A stretch of DNA of 64,000 nt from Octopus vulgaris. Its lineage: Eukaryota. A program made the translations under genes and the position numbers. Position 1 is the first letter of the stretch; every line of letters begins with the position of its first letter. The notes beneath the pieces are model-generated. The model saw only the letters and a program-made list of their open reading frames with translations. It was not told the DNA's origin and did not search any database. The stretch is taken from positions 43,338,001 to 43,402,000 of the forward strand of contig OX597830.1 of NCBI GenBank assembly GCA_951406725.2. Reading direction: 5' to 3'. Of the stretch, positions 37,256 to 50,931 are shown piece after piece.

Positions 37256-38521
37256 TCCTGGCCTACCCAGGTGACAAAACATTTACTGTGGGGTATCACT
37301 ATGTGAGTGTGTGTTACATAAACTTCTCATCAATGAAATATTTATTAGTTGTTGTAATACGAGACATCCTTCTCCGTCCAACGTAGGACAATGGAAAAGC
37401 TTTATCATGCAACACGACATGGCCAACTAGATACACTGTTATTGGCAATATGGTGGACAATCTTCTAATAAATGCTATGAATACCAGACAAGCAACTCTA
37501 AAATATAATACATTACTGTTTTTCTCTCTGTGTCACTCTCCTTCTCTCTTTCTCTCTCCTTTTCTTTTTTGTCTCTCTCTCTCACTGACTTTCTTTTCTC
37601 TCTCTCTCTCTCTCTTTGTCTCCCCCACATTTTTGTTTTCACTCTCGACTCTTACGCGCTCTCTCTCTCCCTCTTCTTCTAACTCTCATTCTCTTTCCCT
37701 CTCTGTAATTCACTCACACACATTCGCACACATGCATACACACACACACTCGCATACAAATACATATCTACTTGTACACATTCACCCACGCACACTTATA
37801 GACAAAGAATATCTCCAATCTTTGAGTTGGTTGACAGCTGGAGAATTGGAAGATATTAATCTTCTTTTCGCCCTTCTGTTAAACGGCAAACCAAGTGGGA
37901 GACTCTATATGGTCGACCTGTTATAAATAACAGCCAAAATTGTCCACAAATCGCACATACTACTTCTTAAAGGAAGAAAGGTCATATTGTCTTATGGGGA
38001 CAATAGTAACAATAGAACACCCCTCCCACGTGACGAGTAGTATGTACTAGTCATTACTAATACTGTCAGTTAATGACAGTATGAGTAGAAGGTACGAAGT
38101 AGACGGTCATAAATAGTCTTGGTCTTATTTGTCTAACTATACTGTTAGATGGGAGAGGCGTTATAACAATCCGACAGAGGGTTACAACATATTGGATAAT
38201 GAAATTCTACATATCCATAAAAGTTAGGATTACAATGGCTGGAAAGCCACTGCTCAATCAGGTCTCCACCTTGGAACTGAACAACGGTAAATAAAAATTG
38301 CGGACGAACAGAGCTTTAAGTTTAAAGAATTTGCTATAATCAGGTTCTGGTAAGTTTCCAGGTATGACTGTGTGGTTAAAGAACTTGTTTTGCAAACCGG
38401 CGGTTTCCGATTCAGTTCCAGTGCACCGCACCATTGGAAAAGTGTCTTTTACTGTCACCTCCAATTCTTTGTGAGGGAATTTGGTTGATGGAAACTATGT
38501 GGTTGCCCATCCTATGTACGT

Positions 38522-38557
<36 letters not shown>

Positions 38558-38661
38558 GTGTATGTGTGTGTGTGTGTGTGTGTATGTACGTATATATAAG
38601 GAAAATAGAGTGTTTGAACACAGAAAAAAATCAATTTATTTAATTAATAGTCATGTTCATA

Positions 38662-38755
38662 TCGCCTACATACGTTTCAATTTCTTACCTTCATTCATAT
38701 TTTGCAATTAAGATTACATTATGCATTTAAAAGGTAAACATCTCTTCAGGGCAAA
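38662..38755 (-). ncRNA. Type I hammerhead ribozyme with intact core and long stem II
   Basis: TTGCC-CTGAAGA-GATGTTTACCTT...AAGGTAAGAAATT-GAAA-CGTATG-TA-GGCGA. The upstream 110 bp (38743-38855) recurs at 41002-41113. Confidence 0.72.
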
Positions 38756-39176
38756 AATTGACAAAAATTCATTCCCATCCTAATAGATGGAAAGTTGCTT
38801 AGCAACTGAAATAGCAGCACGTGTTTGTGAGCTTCTTTGTGTCAGCATGTGTGTGTTTTGGATTCCTTTCTAAAAATAGCTTGAGGTTAAACTACGACCA
38901 CAGTGGACAATGGCGAGTTGTAGTTTTGAGGAACTGGGTCATGTTACCATTCCCATCAATGGAATTTAGATTGGTTTCATAAAGGCTGGCTACCACTCCT
39001 TTCTCTACTTCGAAACACGCATTGAGTCGAACCAGGGGCAGCTGATGAAGGGGAATATTCCTTGTATTGTTTGTCTTGTACTCTGTTTTTCGTTGTTAAA
39101 AAAAGTCCGTTTCCTTGTTTGTTTTTTTTTGTTTTCGTTTCTCGTTGTGTTCTACGTTTATTTGTGGTGTCCTGTA

Positions 39177-39264
<88 letters not shown>

Positions 39265-39965
39265 ATCCAAACAAGAAAACACAGAAAAAAACACAGCAAC
39301 GCGAGGACGTGGAACAATTAAAGTATTATTTGACGCTCAGGAAAGAAGGGAAGGAGGGTTTAACGTTTCGAGTGGAGCTCTTCGTCGGAAACAAAGAAGG
39401 AAAGATCCCGAGAAGGGAAGACAGAGGAAAAAAATTTTTTTGCTGGTGGTGCTCAAGAGATCATATACATACATACGTATATATATATATGTATGTATGT
39501 ATATGAAAACAGGAAGTTAGAACATTTTTTAGGTTTTATTTATTCACCATTACAAATGTTTGATTTGCTAAGAGGAAGTACAAAATTCATATTTGGATGA
39601 AGCGTTTATATAAGGTTAGTTAGTAATGAGGAGTCGTGAGAGAGCTTGGATTTCAACCCTACCTACGAAATATATGCGAGTGAAGATGTGTACGTTTTCA
39701 TAGTGACGTATAAGTACGCACGTGGGTCCGCGAGCGCACATGTGAGCGTATGACTAGCCATATTTACGTGCTTACTTTTAATTTTATATAAGCAGCAGAA
39801 TTATAACACAGTAATTTCCCTTTATATAACGGTATTTTTTCATAGCGTTTTTTCAGATGGCCAGATAACCGAAGAGATGGTGTTGTGGATTTCCACTTCG
39901 GCATCTGAAACTCAGAGTTTTATCTTGACTATTGAGTAATTGTAACATATTATTTTATAGATAAA

Positions 39966-40264
39966 CTAGCAGTATCGCCCGGCGTTGCTCGGTTTGTAAG
40001 GGAAATAACTATATAAGCATTTTTAGAGAGTTACTTCCCTTATATAATGGCAAAAAAAATGCATTAAAAATGGGAAAAAATGATGGTAAATTTTTTTTTA
40101 AATCGTAGACTCATCGTAGACGCGCGCTAGTACCCAGAAGGGCTCGATATGAATCACGACTATAAAATACCCGCTTTTGGTTACACTGCACCGCAAAATG
40201 TGGGAGTAGTTAGGAATCTAAATCGTAGGAGACAGACACACAACTTCACTTGTATATATAAAGA
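39966..40264 (-). mobile_element. Non-autonomous Helitron (shorter variant of 9253-9651)
   Basis: Same termini and hairpin; lacks ~100 bp between two TCTCTAAAAAT repeats. Confidence 0.85.
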
Positions 40265-40700
40265 TTTCCTTTATTTACATAATATTGAGGTCTCTTTCTT
40301 TCTTTTATCTTACCGTTTTTACCAACATATATATATATTTATATGCATGGAAGCATGTATTTATGTATGTACGTACTGATGCATGTATGAATATATAATA
40401 GGTTGAGTCAAAAGTCTTTTCGGTTTCACAAATTAATTTGAAACTGCTTGTCCACTTGTTGTTGAATTATTTATTCTTATATTAGAGCTTTGATATTGAG
40501 TGGTGAGAAAACTGCAATCAGAGTCACTTAATGCTACCTGTGAGAAAAAGGAACGAGTGCAAGGGCAGCATCAAAAGAGGTTAATGATGCAGAAGGCGCA
40601 GGAACTCTCAACGAACGAGACACAAAACTTTTATCGACGGGTGAAATACCGCTAAGCATTTCGTCCAGCGTGCTAACGATTCTGCTATCACATCGCCTTA

Positions 40701-40815
<115 letters not shown>

Positions 40816-40826
40816 TAATAATAATG

Positions 40827-40860
<34 letters not shown>

Positions 40861-41789
40861 TAATAATAATAATAATAATAATAATATTTTCTACTCTAGA
40901 TACAAGGTTCTAAATTTTGGGGGAGGGGGTTTGTCGATTAGATCAACTCCAGTACGCAACTGGTACTTAATTTATCGACCCCCAAAAGATGAAAGGTAAA
41001 GTCTTCAGGGCAAAAATTGACAAAAATTAATTCCCATCCTAATAGATGGAAAGTTGCTTAGCAACTGAAATAGTAGCATGCGTTTGTGAGTTTGTTTGTG
41101 TCAGCATGTGTGTCATTTGGACACAAAACTGGTTCAGACACCAGCCTCGAAGATAAACCATGATCAAGGAGACCTTCTGTTGTGGAAGAAAAGGCCTTGC
41201 GTGAAACGGTTGAACACTAGCCAAGCACAAGCACTCGTATATTGTCGGCAGGACTTGGTCCTTTACAAAGCTCCATTAATCGATACCACCATAAACTCGG
41301 CCTTTTGAACAGATGCTGTCGAGAAGTTCCTCATGAACTGTCCCACGACCAGGCTCAACGTCATGTGGACATTTGCAAACAACTCGAGATGCCCATTTTT
41401 GACGTCGAATTGTAACTGGGAATGGAAAGGGGTTTATTCTCATAATCCTAATAACAGAAATCAGTGACTCCTTTACGGCCAGGCTTCAGAACCTGTTGTC
41501 AAACAAGGGCTATTTCAACATATGCGCGCACGCATATATTGTTTTTGTTGAGAATGGGTCGATGAGGAAATGGGACCATAATGCGTTTCCCGAAAGTATT
41601 AGCGACATAACTAATCTGAACTGGAATATCTGCGATCTGAAGTTGAAACCCGAACTCTATTTTGACTCTTCAATATTTATGTTGCTCATCGTAAGTTGTG
41701 AAATTGCTGATTTCCTATTAACTCAGCAGAAAGATCGATGAGGCGTGTGGAGAGGAATGGGATAGCGTAGTGTTGCTTGTTTCCACATA

Positions 41790-42220
41790 GGCGCAGGCGT
41801 GGCTGCATGGCTGCGTGGTAAGAAGTTTACTTTCCGACCAGTTGGTTATGGGTTCAGTCCCACTGTGTAGCGCCTTGGGCCACGCAGTGGGACTGAATTA
41901 TATCCTCGACCCAACCAAAGCCTTGTGAGTGGATTTGGTAGACAGAAACTGAAAGAAGCCCGCCGTATATATGTGTGTGTGTGTGTGTGCGCGCCCTTGT
42001 GTGTATGAGTCTATATGCTCCCCACCCCACACACACACACCGCTTGACAACCGTTGTTGGCTTGTTTCGTCCCCCGTTACGTGGCGGTTCGACAGAAGTA
42101 AGCAATAGAATAATTAACAGAATTAAAAACTGTGAATACCGAGGTCGATTCCTTCGACTAGAACACCTTTCAAGACGATGGCCGCAGTCCAATGACTGAA
42201 ACGAGTTGAAGACAAAAAGA
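41790..42220 (+). mobile_element. SINE family B
   Basis: Head, B box, internal (TG)n and 3' module. Confidence 0.8.
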
Positions 42221-42719
42221 TAATACCATTTGGCGTTGCAATGGTTTCTTCCACTGAAATCTTCGTATTTATATAATGCATCTAAGACTAGTTAAACAAA
42301 CTGAATCTATTCCTCTCCTAGCTAAACAGACAATGGAAGTTTGAATTCAGTGCTGTAAGCTAATGAAAGACACATCAATTCTCCAATGCTACCGCTGCTT
42401 ACTACAGCAGAAACTTGCTATCAAATTTGCCTTCATAGTGTGCTGGATTTAAATCTTCCATGGTAGAAGCACTTTTACTGCAGATGTTACTGACACAGCA
42501 AAAGTACTACAATGAAAATTATTACCACAGTAAACTCAATATCAAAGAATTTTTTGAAGTGGCTTTATATTTCATAATGATATTTCTTTACAGTCTTTCT
42601 CCATTCTCTCTGTGTCTCTCCCTCTTTCTCTCTTACGTAACTCTCCATTTCTCTTTCATCGTGACACCAATCTAATACAAGCACAAATACACACTCTTTC
42701 TCTCTCTCTTTCTTTCAAC

Positions 42720-42779
<60 letters not shown>

Positions 42780-42787
42780 TTATCTAT

Positions 42788-42835
<48 letters not shown>

Positions 42836-43075
42836 TTACTCTTTTCGTAGTTTTTCTGAAAAATCAGACGTTTATGAAATCCATCCAGGCGGTCAAGGAT
42901 TCTTGAGTATCTTCTCATCAAATTCGATGTAAAATTTTCTTACTGTTTATCTCAAATGTCTTCATAAATAATCACTCTCTCCTTTTCCCCCGATATTGCT
43001 GCCCTGGTGCCAAAATTTGAAACCATTATTATTGTTGTTGTTGTTGTTGTTGCTGTTGTTGTTATTATTATTTTT

Positions 43076-43455
43076 AAAGTGGCGAGCTGGCAGAAACGTT
43101 AGTACGACAGGCGAAATGCTTAGCGGTATTTCGTCCACCGTTACGTTCTGAGTTCAAATTCCGTCGAGGTCGACTTTACCTTTCATCCTTTCGGGGTCGA
43201 TTAAATAAGTACCAGTTACGCCCTGGAAGCGATATAATCGACTTAATCCGTTTGTCTGTCCTTGTTTGTCTTCTCTGTGTTTGGCCCCTTGTGGGTAGTA
43301 AAGAAATAGGTATTTCGTCTGTCTTTACGTTCTGAGTTCAAATTCCGCCGAGGTCGACTTTGCCATTCATCTTTTCGAGATCGATAAATTAAGGACCAGT
43401 TGCGTACTGAGGTTGATTTAATCGACTGACCCCCTCCCCCAAAATTTCGAGCCTT
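43076..43455 (+). mobile_element. Dimeric SINE family A
   Basis: Full monomer followed by an A-box-less monomer starting GGTATTTCGTCTGTCTTTACG. Confidence 0.88.
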
Positions 43456-43475
43456 GTGTCTAGAGTAGAACAGGC

Positions 43476-43542
<67 letters not shown>

Positions 43543-43545
<3 letters not shown>

Positions 43546-44352
43546 TAGTTTTATTTTTATTTTTATAGCGTGCTTTCACTTCACTACCGAGTACAGCTCT
43601 GTGTGCCTTGGGTATGTGCTGTGATTTGTTGTGATGCTCTGATGGTTATTGTATGGAAAGTGTTCTGCGTAGGATGTGTGCAGTGCCTAGTAGTGCAATT
43701 TTCTGTATGTTATATGTGTTTGTAAGTCCTGGTGTTTTTGTTATGTATTTGTCTGAATATTTTTTTATCATGCCTAATGCACCTACTATGATAGGAAATG
43801 TTTCTGTTTTCAGATTCCACATTCTAGTTACCTCTATTTCCAGGTCTTTGTATTTTGAGAGTTTCTCCATTTCTTTTAGAGGCACGTTGTCATCAGCCGG
43901 TATGCAATTAGAAAGCATTTTTTTTCTTCATGATCTCTGACAACTATATCTGGTCTGTTGGCCTTAATTTCTCTATCTGCGTGTATCGGCATATCCCAGA
44001 GTATGGTTGCTTTCTCGTTTTCTGTGACCTTTTCTGGTGTGTGCCTATACCATCTTTTTTCTGTTGTTATTCCATAATGTTGGCATAGCTTCCAATGTAT
44101 GTAGGTTCCAACTCTGTCATGTCTGTGAATATATTCCTTCTTAGCCAAGACTGGGCAGCTAGAGATAATATGATTTATTGTTTCTTGTCCATCTCCACAT
44201 ATTCTGCAGTTACTTGTAATATTTCTTTTCATTACATGTTTTTGGTAATTTCTGGTGGGGAGGCTTTGGTCTTGTGCTGCAATTAAAAATCCCTCTGTTT
44301 CTGCTTTGAGTCCTGAGCTTCTCAACCATTGCTGGGATTTTTCTTTGTCTAT
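43543..44352 (-). mobile_element. R4/Dong-clade non-LTR retrotransposon, 5'-truncated (zinc knuckle plus restriction-like endonuclease)
   Basis: GLKAETEGFLIAAQDQ, CRICGDGQETINHIISSC, RHD, NRPDIVV, KLSKYKDL, LGTAHILR; one frameshift near 43905; (TTA)n on both flanks. Confidence 0.9.
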
Positions 44353-44354
44353 TT

Positions 44355-44464
<110 letters not shown>

Positions 44465-44658
44465 GGTGACATGCTGGCAGAATCGGTAGCACGTTGGGCG
44501 AAATGCTTAGCGGTATTTCACCCGTCGCTACGTTCTAAGTTCAAATTCCAGAACGGTGGACATTGCCTTTCATCCTTAAGTACCAGTTATACACTTGGGT
44601 CGATAGGACTAACCCCCCCTCCCACCAAAGTCCATGCTTTGTGACTATAATAGAAAGG

Positions 44659-44753
<95 letters not shown>

Positions 44754-46342
44754 GAAGGTGATGAGCTGGCAGAATCGTTAGCGCGCCGAGCAAAATGCTT
44801 ATCAGCATTTCGCCCGTCGCTGTGTTTTGAGTTCAAATTCCGCCGAGCTCAACTTTGCCTTTCATCCTTTCGAGGTCGATGAAATAAGTACCAGTTACGC
44901 ACTGGAGTCGATGTAATCGACTGGCCCCCTCCCCACAAAATTTCAGCAGAATGGTTTATTAAAAAGGAATATTTTGTCCGACGAGCTAACCATTCTGCCA
45001 GCTCGCGGCCTTACCAAAGCTAAACATTGCTTTCAAGTTTCGACACAAAGCTAGGAAGTTCGGTGAAGGACGTTAGTCGGCCCCAGTCTTCAACTGGTTC
45101 TTATTTTATCGACCACAAAAGATTTAAAGGTAAAGTCGATCTCAGAGGAATTTGAACTCAGAAAGTAAAGATGTGAGATGCCGCTAAGCATTTGATCCGG
45201 CGCGGTAACGATTCTGCCGCTTACCGCCTTCACGGAAATTAAATTTTGTGAGGCATTTAGGTTGGCGCCATGCCATTCCAGCAAACATCATTGTCCACTT
45301 TCAGATGGATTTTTTTTTTTATTAACAATAAACAATGCTGTTACATAACCAGATGAGTTGATACTTTAGCAAATATATTGTGACACGAGCTGCGAAGGCT
45401 GAGATATATGATACTGTCAAGACATTGAGTAGGGATTTTTGTCATACTTTGGTATGTGGGTAAGTTAGCTATGTCATTGACTCCAATCAGAAATTAAGGA
45501 TGTAAAAACTGAAAATAGTAATGTAAAAAGAAAGAGCAGTGTAGCGAATCGAACCTGTATCTGGAGATTTCCAGCCGCGTCACAGCTCAGACTGAGCGTA
45601 TTGACGTGTTACTTAAATCTCTTAAAACATCAAGTGTATTCGCATTTTAGTTTGGTGCGTGTTTGGGCGCTAGCGATCTGTGTAGGTAACTTAGTAAAGT
45701 GTTAGTGGTGTTTTGGGAATTGTTCTAGGTGTGTTAACACATTAGCTAATTGTGCGGACAGTTTCTGTTTAGCTGGGAGAGTGTTGTAAAAGCTGGTGAA
45801 ATATTTTAAGCAGATTTTATTGGTTCCTCCTCCCCTCTCTTCTCCCGTCTGTCACATCAAAATTCTCATTAAGAACTATAATTTATCGTCTGATAGAAAG
45901 CATAGTCTCAGACGATAGAATCAATATCCTTACACAAGATTCTAATTTTAGAAACTATATTCTAAATGATGTATATTTATAGAGTTGAAAATTTAATAAT
46001 CTGGGATTTTCATTTGAAACTGATGCTAGAAGAAATCGTGTTATATGAGAAAGAAAATGTTTTAAAATAGAAACCAGTTTCATAAGATTATCCATTTTTC
46101 ATAAGCATCGATGAACAGTAATGTAAAATCATTCACTCACATATGGCATTGTGACTTTTTGTGTCATTGTCCCGATAACTGACCAGATCATTGATCTGGC
46201 ATTGAAAAAAATGCTGTCACTTTGTTATTAAGGGGGAAGAGAGACAGGTTGGGAAACCTTTTAAGTCGCCAGGGACTGAAGTGCAAACAGAAGTGCAACT
46301 GCGCAGAGGCTAATAATGAATTCTTAATATTGATTTCAAATT

Positions 46343-46560
46343 AAGGCGGCGAGCTGGCAGAAGCGTTGGCACGTCGGGCAAAATGCTTGGCGGTATTTCG
46401 CCTGCCGTTACGTTCTGAGTTCAAATTCCGCCGCCGTCGACTTTGCCTTTCATCCTTTCGGGGTCGATAAATTAAGTACCAGTTGCGTACTAAGGTCGAT
46501 CTAATCGACTGACTCCCCTTCCCCTAAAATTTCAAGCCTTGTGCCTAGAGTAGAAAAGAA
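46343..46560 (+). mobile_element. SINE family A monomer
   Basis: AAGGCGGCGAGCTGGCAGAAG...GAGTTCAAATTCC...; TATTGATTTCAAATTA is duplicated at ~46328 and ~46561 (TSD). Confidence 0.9.
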
Positions 46561-46787
46561 TATTGATTTCAAATTATGGCACAAAACCAGTAATTCTGGG
46601 GGAAGGCGCTAAGTCGATTACATCGCCCCACTGTTCAACTGGTACTTATTTTTTCGACTCCAAAAAGGATAAAAGTCAAAGTCGACTTTGCCTTTCATCC
46701 ATTTTGGGGTCTAAAAAATAAGTACTAGTTGCACACTGGGGCCGATGTAATCGACTTAGCCCCTCCCACGAAATTTCAATAGAAAGG

Positions 46788-46845
<58 letters not shown>

Positions 46846-46848
<3 letters not shown>

Positions 46849-47081
46849 GTTTAACTTTTGCTTTGTATTTGTACAAGTTGACTCCAAGTCTCACCCAGAG
46901 ACCTCAAGAGACTACAAGTTAGAAGAACATGTTGGTGTTATGCCTAGGGTGTCATATAATTAGTTTTGTACATAGTATTGTTCTAGAGTATGTTTAAGAA
47001 AACATAAGAAAATTATAAGTTTGTTTTAAAATTTGAGATTACATAGACAGTATTTTACGTAGTATATGGGCAGTTCCCATG

Positions 47082-47084
<3 letters not shown>
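46846..47084 (-). mobile_element. R4/Dong 3' end plus 3'UTR in (TAA)n
   Basis: Minus strand ILMGTAHILRKILSM* then UTR; (TTA)n on both flanks. Confidence 0.75.
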
Positions 47085-47134
<50 letters not shown>

Positions 47135-48159
47135 GATTTGGCTTAAGGCGGCAAGCTGGCAGAATCGTTAGCACGTTTGACGGTATTTCACCCGTTGCTA
47201 CGTTCTGAGTTCAAATTCTGCCGAGGTCAACTTTGCCTTTCATCCTTTCGGGGTCGATAAATTAAGTACCAGTTGCGTACTGGGGTAGATCTAATCGACT
47301 AGCTTCGTCCCCAAAAATTTCAGGCCTTGTGCCATTAGTAGAAAAGTATGGTTAACACGCTGGACGAAAAGATTAGAGGTAATTCGCCCGTCGCTACGTT
47401 CTGAGTTCAAATTACGCCGAGGTCGTGACTGCACATTTTGTCGTCAATATCCTGAAAATAGCACGGGTGTCTGTGGCTTACGATTGACTAAAATTACCAA
47501 AATTTTCAAACTTTAATTATTAATAACTCTTTGTTTATTGATATATAGCGAAAATTACTTTCACATCATTAATTAGCCTATAAAAGTGTATTATTACACT
47601 GAATATGAAATCAATGCGAACAGAAAATTGACACCCAAACACATGCTCAAGCAACACCCAAACACATGCTTACATGAGCGTGTGTCTCGCATGTAGACAC
47701 TCCTTTCGATGTAAGTGTACACACAAATATGCTTGAGTGCTCAGAGGCATATGACTCCACCCGCATACACACGCGCGCATACATATATAACTATGCATAT
47801 GTCCAGATATACAAAAGGTAGGTATGCAAGTATATACGTGTACCTACGAGAACAAAAAGAAAACAAGAAACAAAGAGAGAAAAAAAGAAAAAGAGTAAAG
47901 AGGGTTTTAAAAAAGGGAAAGAGAAAAAAGGAAAAAGAAAAAGAGGGGAAAAGAATAAGTAAATAAATAAATAAATAAATACGGGATTATATAAAGGAAA
48001 TGGTAAAAAGTAGAAGAGAACATAAGGAGACCACAAATAAAGTTTAAAAAAATATATTTTAAAAATTACTCGAAAAAGTAATGGTTATAAATACTTAGGA
48101 GAAATCAAAATAGAAATGATGAAGGAAGATTAGATGAAGGGAGATTTCTGGGTGAGACA

Positions 48160-48570
48160 CTAACATTTGTACTTTAAGAATGTGTTACGTAATTTGTGTT
48201 TACAGTTAAGAATAGGAGCACTCCGTTCGTTTATGCAATAGTTGCATTGCATAATAGACAAGACTTCTGCAATGCAGAGATCGTATTTGGGGTTATAACC
48301 GCTATACAGCTTAGCATACGTAACACTGGACCATTTCATATTGTATGCAAACTGAGTCACGTATGAGAATATGAGTGAGTCTAGATAGAGAAAACCGTTA
48401 GTTTTCGCTTGAGATTTAAAGCTAGAGTAGTATTTAACGTTTATCGCCCTGAAGTTGGTACTCCACGAGCCAATATATACAAACTTGGAATCCTCTATGG
48501 AGACTGTGCATTTATATACAATATTTTTAGTGAAGCATTTATTTTCCAAGGGATAGGAGTAATTGTTACA
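48160..48570 (-). pseudogene. Penelope-like element GIY-YIG endonuclease fragment
   Basis: ENKCFTKNIVYKCTV...VYIGS...DLCIAE...CINERS...CKHK. Confidence 0.75.
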
Positions 48571-48637
48571 TCAAGTAGATAGATAGCTAAGGAACATATG
48601 TAGCCTGCATTTTATCCGTTCCATTCCCTCAATTTGA

Positions 48638-48668
<31 letters not shown>

Positions 48669-50135
48669 TGTATGTATGTATGTATGTATGTATGTATGTA
48701 TGTATGTATGTATGTATGTATGCAGGTATGTATGTATGTACGGACGTATGTATGTATGTATTATGAAAAAGGGCTTAGCTTCCTATATTTTTATACTATG
48801 CGATTTTTATGCGAACTTCACAAATAACCTTGTTTAACTCATTTCCAATGCACTATTAAGTTTTTATATTGCTTTATGACATTCTCCAACGTACATACTA
48901 CGAAGTCAAATAGGATGAGAACCAACAGCTATAATAGACAGGACATGTTGCATATTCTTTATCATCAAATCAGATTTCTTGTATCTCTTGTTTAGCCCTA
49001 GGTCCGTCTTGATCCTGTAAACCAAAGACCAAAGGTGTTACAGCCGTCATTATTCCATCTCTTTATCTACATTGTTCGATTTGTTTTTCTTTTTTCTAAG
49101 ACCGTTGGCTGTTATTTGAAAGAGCTTTAATTGCCTATTTCTTGCAAGTTGCACGACCAAGTAAAGACACTTTCATTTACTCGTTTGTACAACTATTGAT
49201 GTTGTTGCTGCTGTTACTGGAATTGTTGTTTAGCCCAAGGTGAATCCAGTCTGAGCATTCTATGATTAAAAGCATTCCAATCATAACCATCCCTCATGTT
49301 AATATATCAAGGGCTACATTTTTTTTTAAAGATAGTACGATGTAATTCGAAGATTTAGCTGCTATTATTTCTAGCAATTAAAGCGACCATGAAAAGGTTT
49401 CCTCGTCGGCTAGGTTCGTATATATATATAGATAGATTCTGGAAACGACTCCAGCGATGTTAACAGCGTTGGTCCAGTTGGGAGCAAGCTGCTTATTGAT
49501 TCGCAGCATTCATCATTCATTAATGGTGTGTATCTCTGCAAGGTGTTTCAAACCAATTAGGTTATTCATACTTCTGCTATTTCTGTGTCTATATTTTTAT
49601 GCCTGTTTGGAATGTGGATAGAGGCGGTGTGGGGCCGGGAGTCGGGAGCCGGTGTCCTATGATAGTGTTGTAAAACTATTGCAAAAGTATTTTAAGGTGT
49701 TGCAGCTGTCTGAATGTTTGGGGGTCAGCCCCGTGCAAAGCTGATAATAGGATCAGGACAGATATGAAATTTAGACTCCATTTCAACCACTTCTAAATTT
49801 ACTTTAATTATCAGTGCTAAATATATATAATTTATATATGAATTACAGGTACTTGTTATGGAGTAAACATATGTTTATTTGAAGCAAAGCTAGAAACCCA
49901 GGATCTTGAATTATCCAGTAATATCTTTTTGATAGTTTATTTTGTCTCTCTGTCTTATCTCATGGTGCGATATGAACATTTAAGGTGGTTTTTAGAGTCA
50001 GGGTTTTGACTGCTATTTCGGCATGGTGGTGTCTCTCAGATACCCTTATTTATAGTTGTAAAAAATTATTACCTTTGTATGGTATTTATTCCGATGCTGG
50101 CCACTTGATAATATCGATATTATCCTTATTTATAA

Positions 50136-50260
<125 letters not shown>

Positions 50261-50409
50261 ATTGAGATTCAGTTGAATTAGGTACTTAAGGTACTTAAGC
50301 ACCAAGTCAGTCCGGTATTACCCGCACAGCTCGAAGTAAGGTGAATAAAATCAAAATAAGCAACAGGATGTCAAGAAATGATGCAGTACGATCGTTTCAA
50401 GCGGTTGGA

Positions 50410-50740
50410 GGGGTGAGGAATTGGACAAAAGCCTTATAGAATAGGAATGAGAGATTAGTAGATAAAGAAAGGAAATTAATTACCAGGGAAAGTAAGAGGA
50501 GGGATAAAAGTAGAACTATGGCTAGGGCAGTGACCTTCATTTAGAGAATTATAATACGAAGTCTAACTTCTAAAGTTAGACTCTGTTGCCCTAGCCATTA
50601 ACTTCCCTTAACGGTAGTCTCCCCTTAACAGTAGTTCCACTTTTATCCCCCTCCCTCTTCCCTTCCCTGCTAATTAATTTCCTTTCTTTATCTACTAATC
50701 TCTCCTTTTTTATAAAGCTTTTGTACAATTCTGCCCCAAA
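50410..50740. repeat. Degenerate fold-back adjoining half a hammerhead (GAAA-CGATCG-TA-CTGC, minus, ~50383-50399)
   Basis: GAGAGATTAGTAGATAAAGAAAGGAAATTAATTA is inverted against TAATTAATTTCCTTTCTTTATCTACTAATCTCTC. Confidence 0.75.
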
Positions 50741-50931
50741 CGCCTTAACCCGCAATAGTCCAAATAGCGATCTCTAGGTTTTAACGACACTTCGGGCGAT
50801 GTTCATTCCTTCGCATGGTGCCTGTTTACATGTTTGCTTGTTTTTTTATTTATAATGTCTTACGCAGCTTTGGGCCACTTATAACATACATTACTTCTCC
50901 AGATTTTACTTTTTATTTACTTTTTTATTTA

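Noticed and set aside
41130-41760. Possible old LINE remnant
   Set aside because: No diagnostic motif could be read with confidence.
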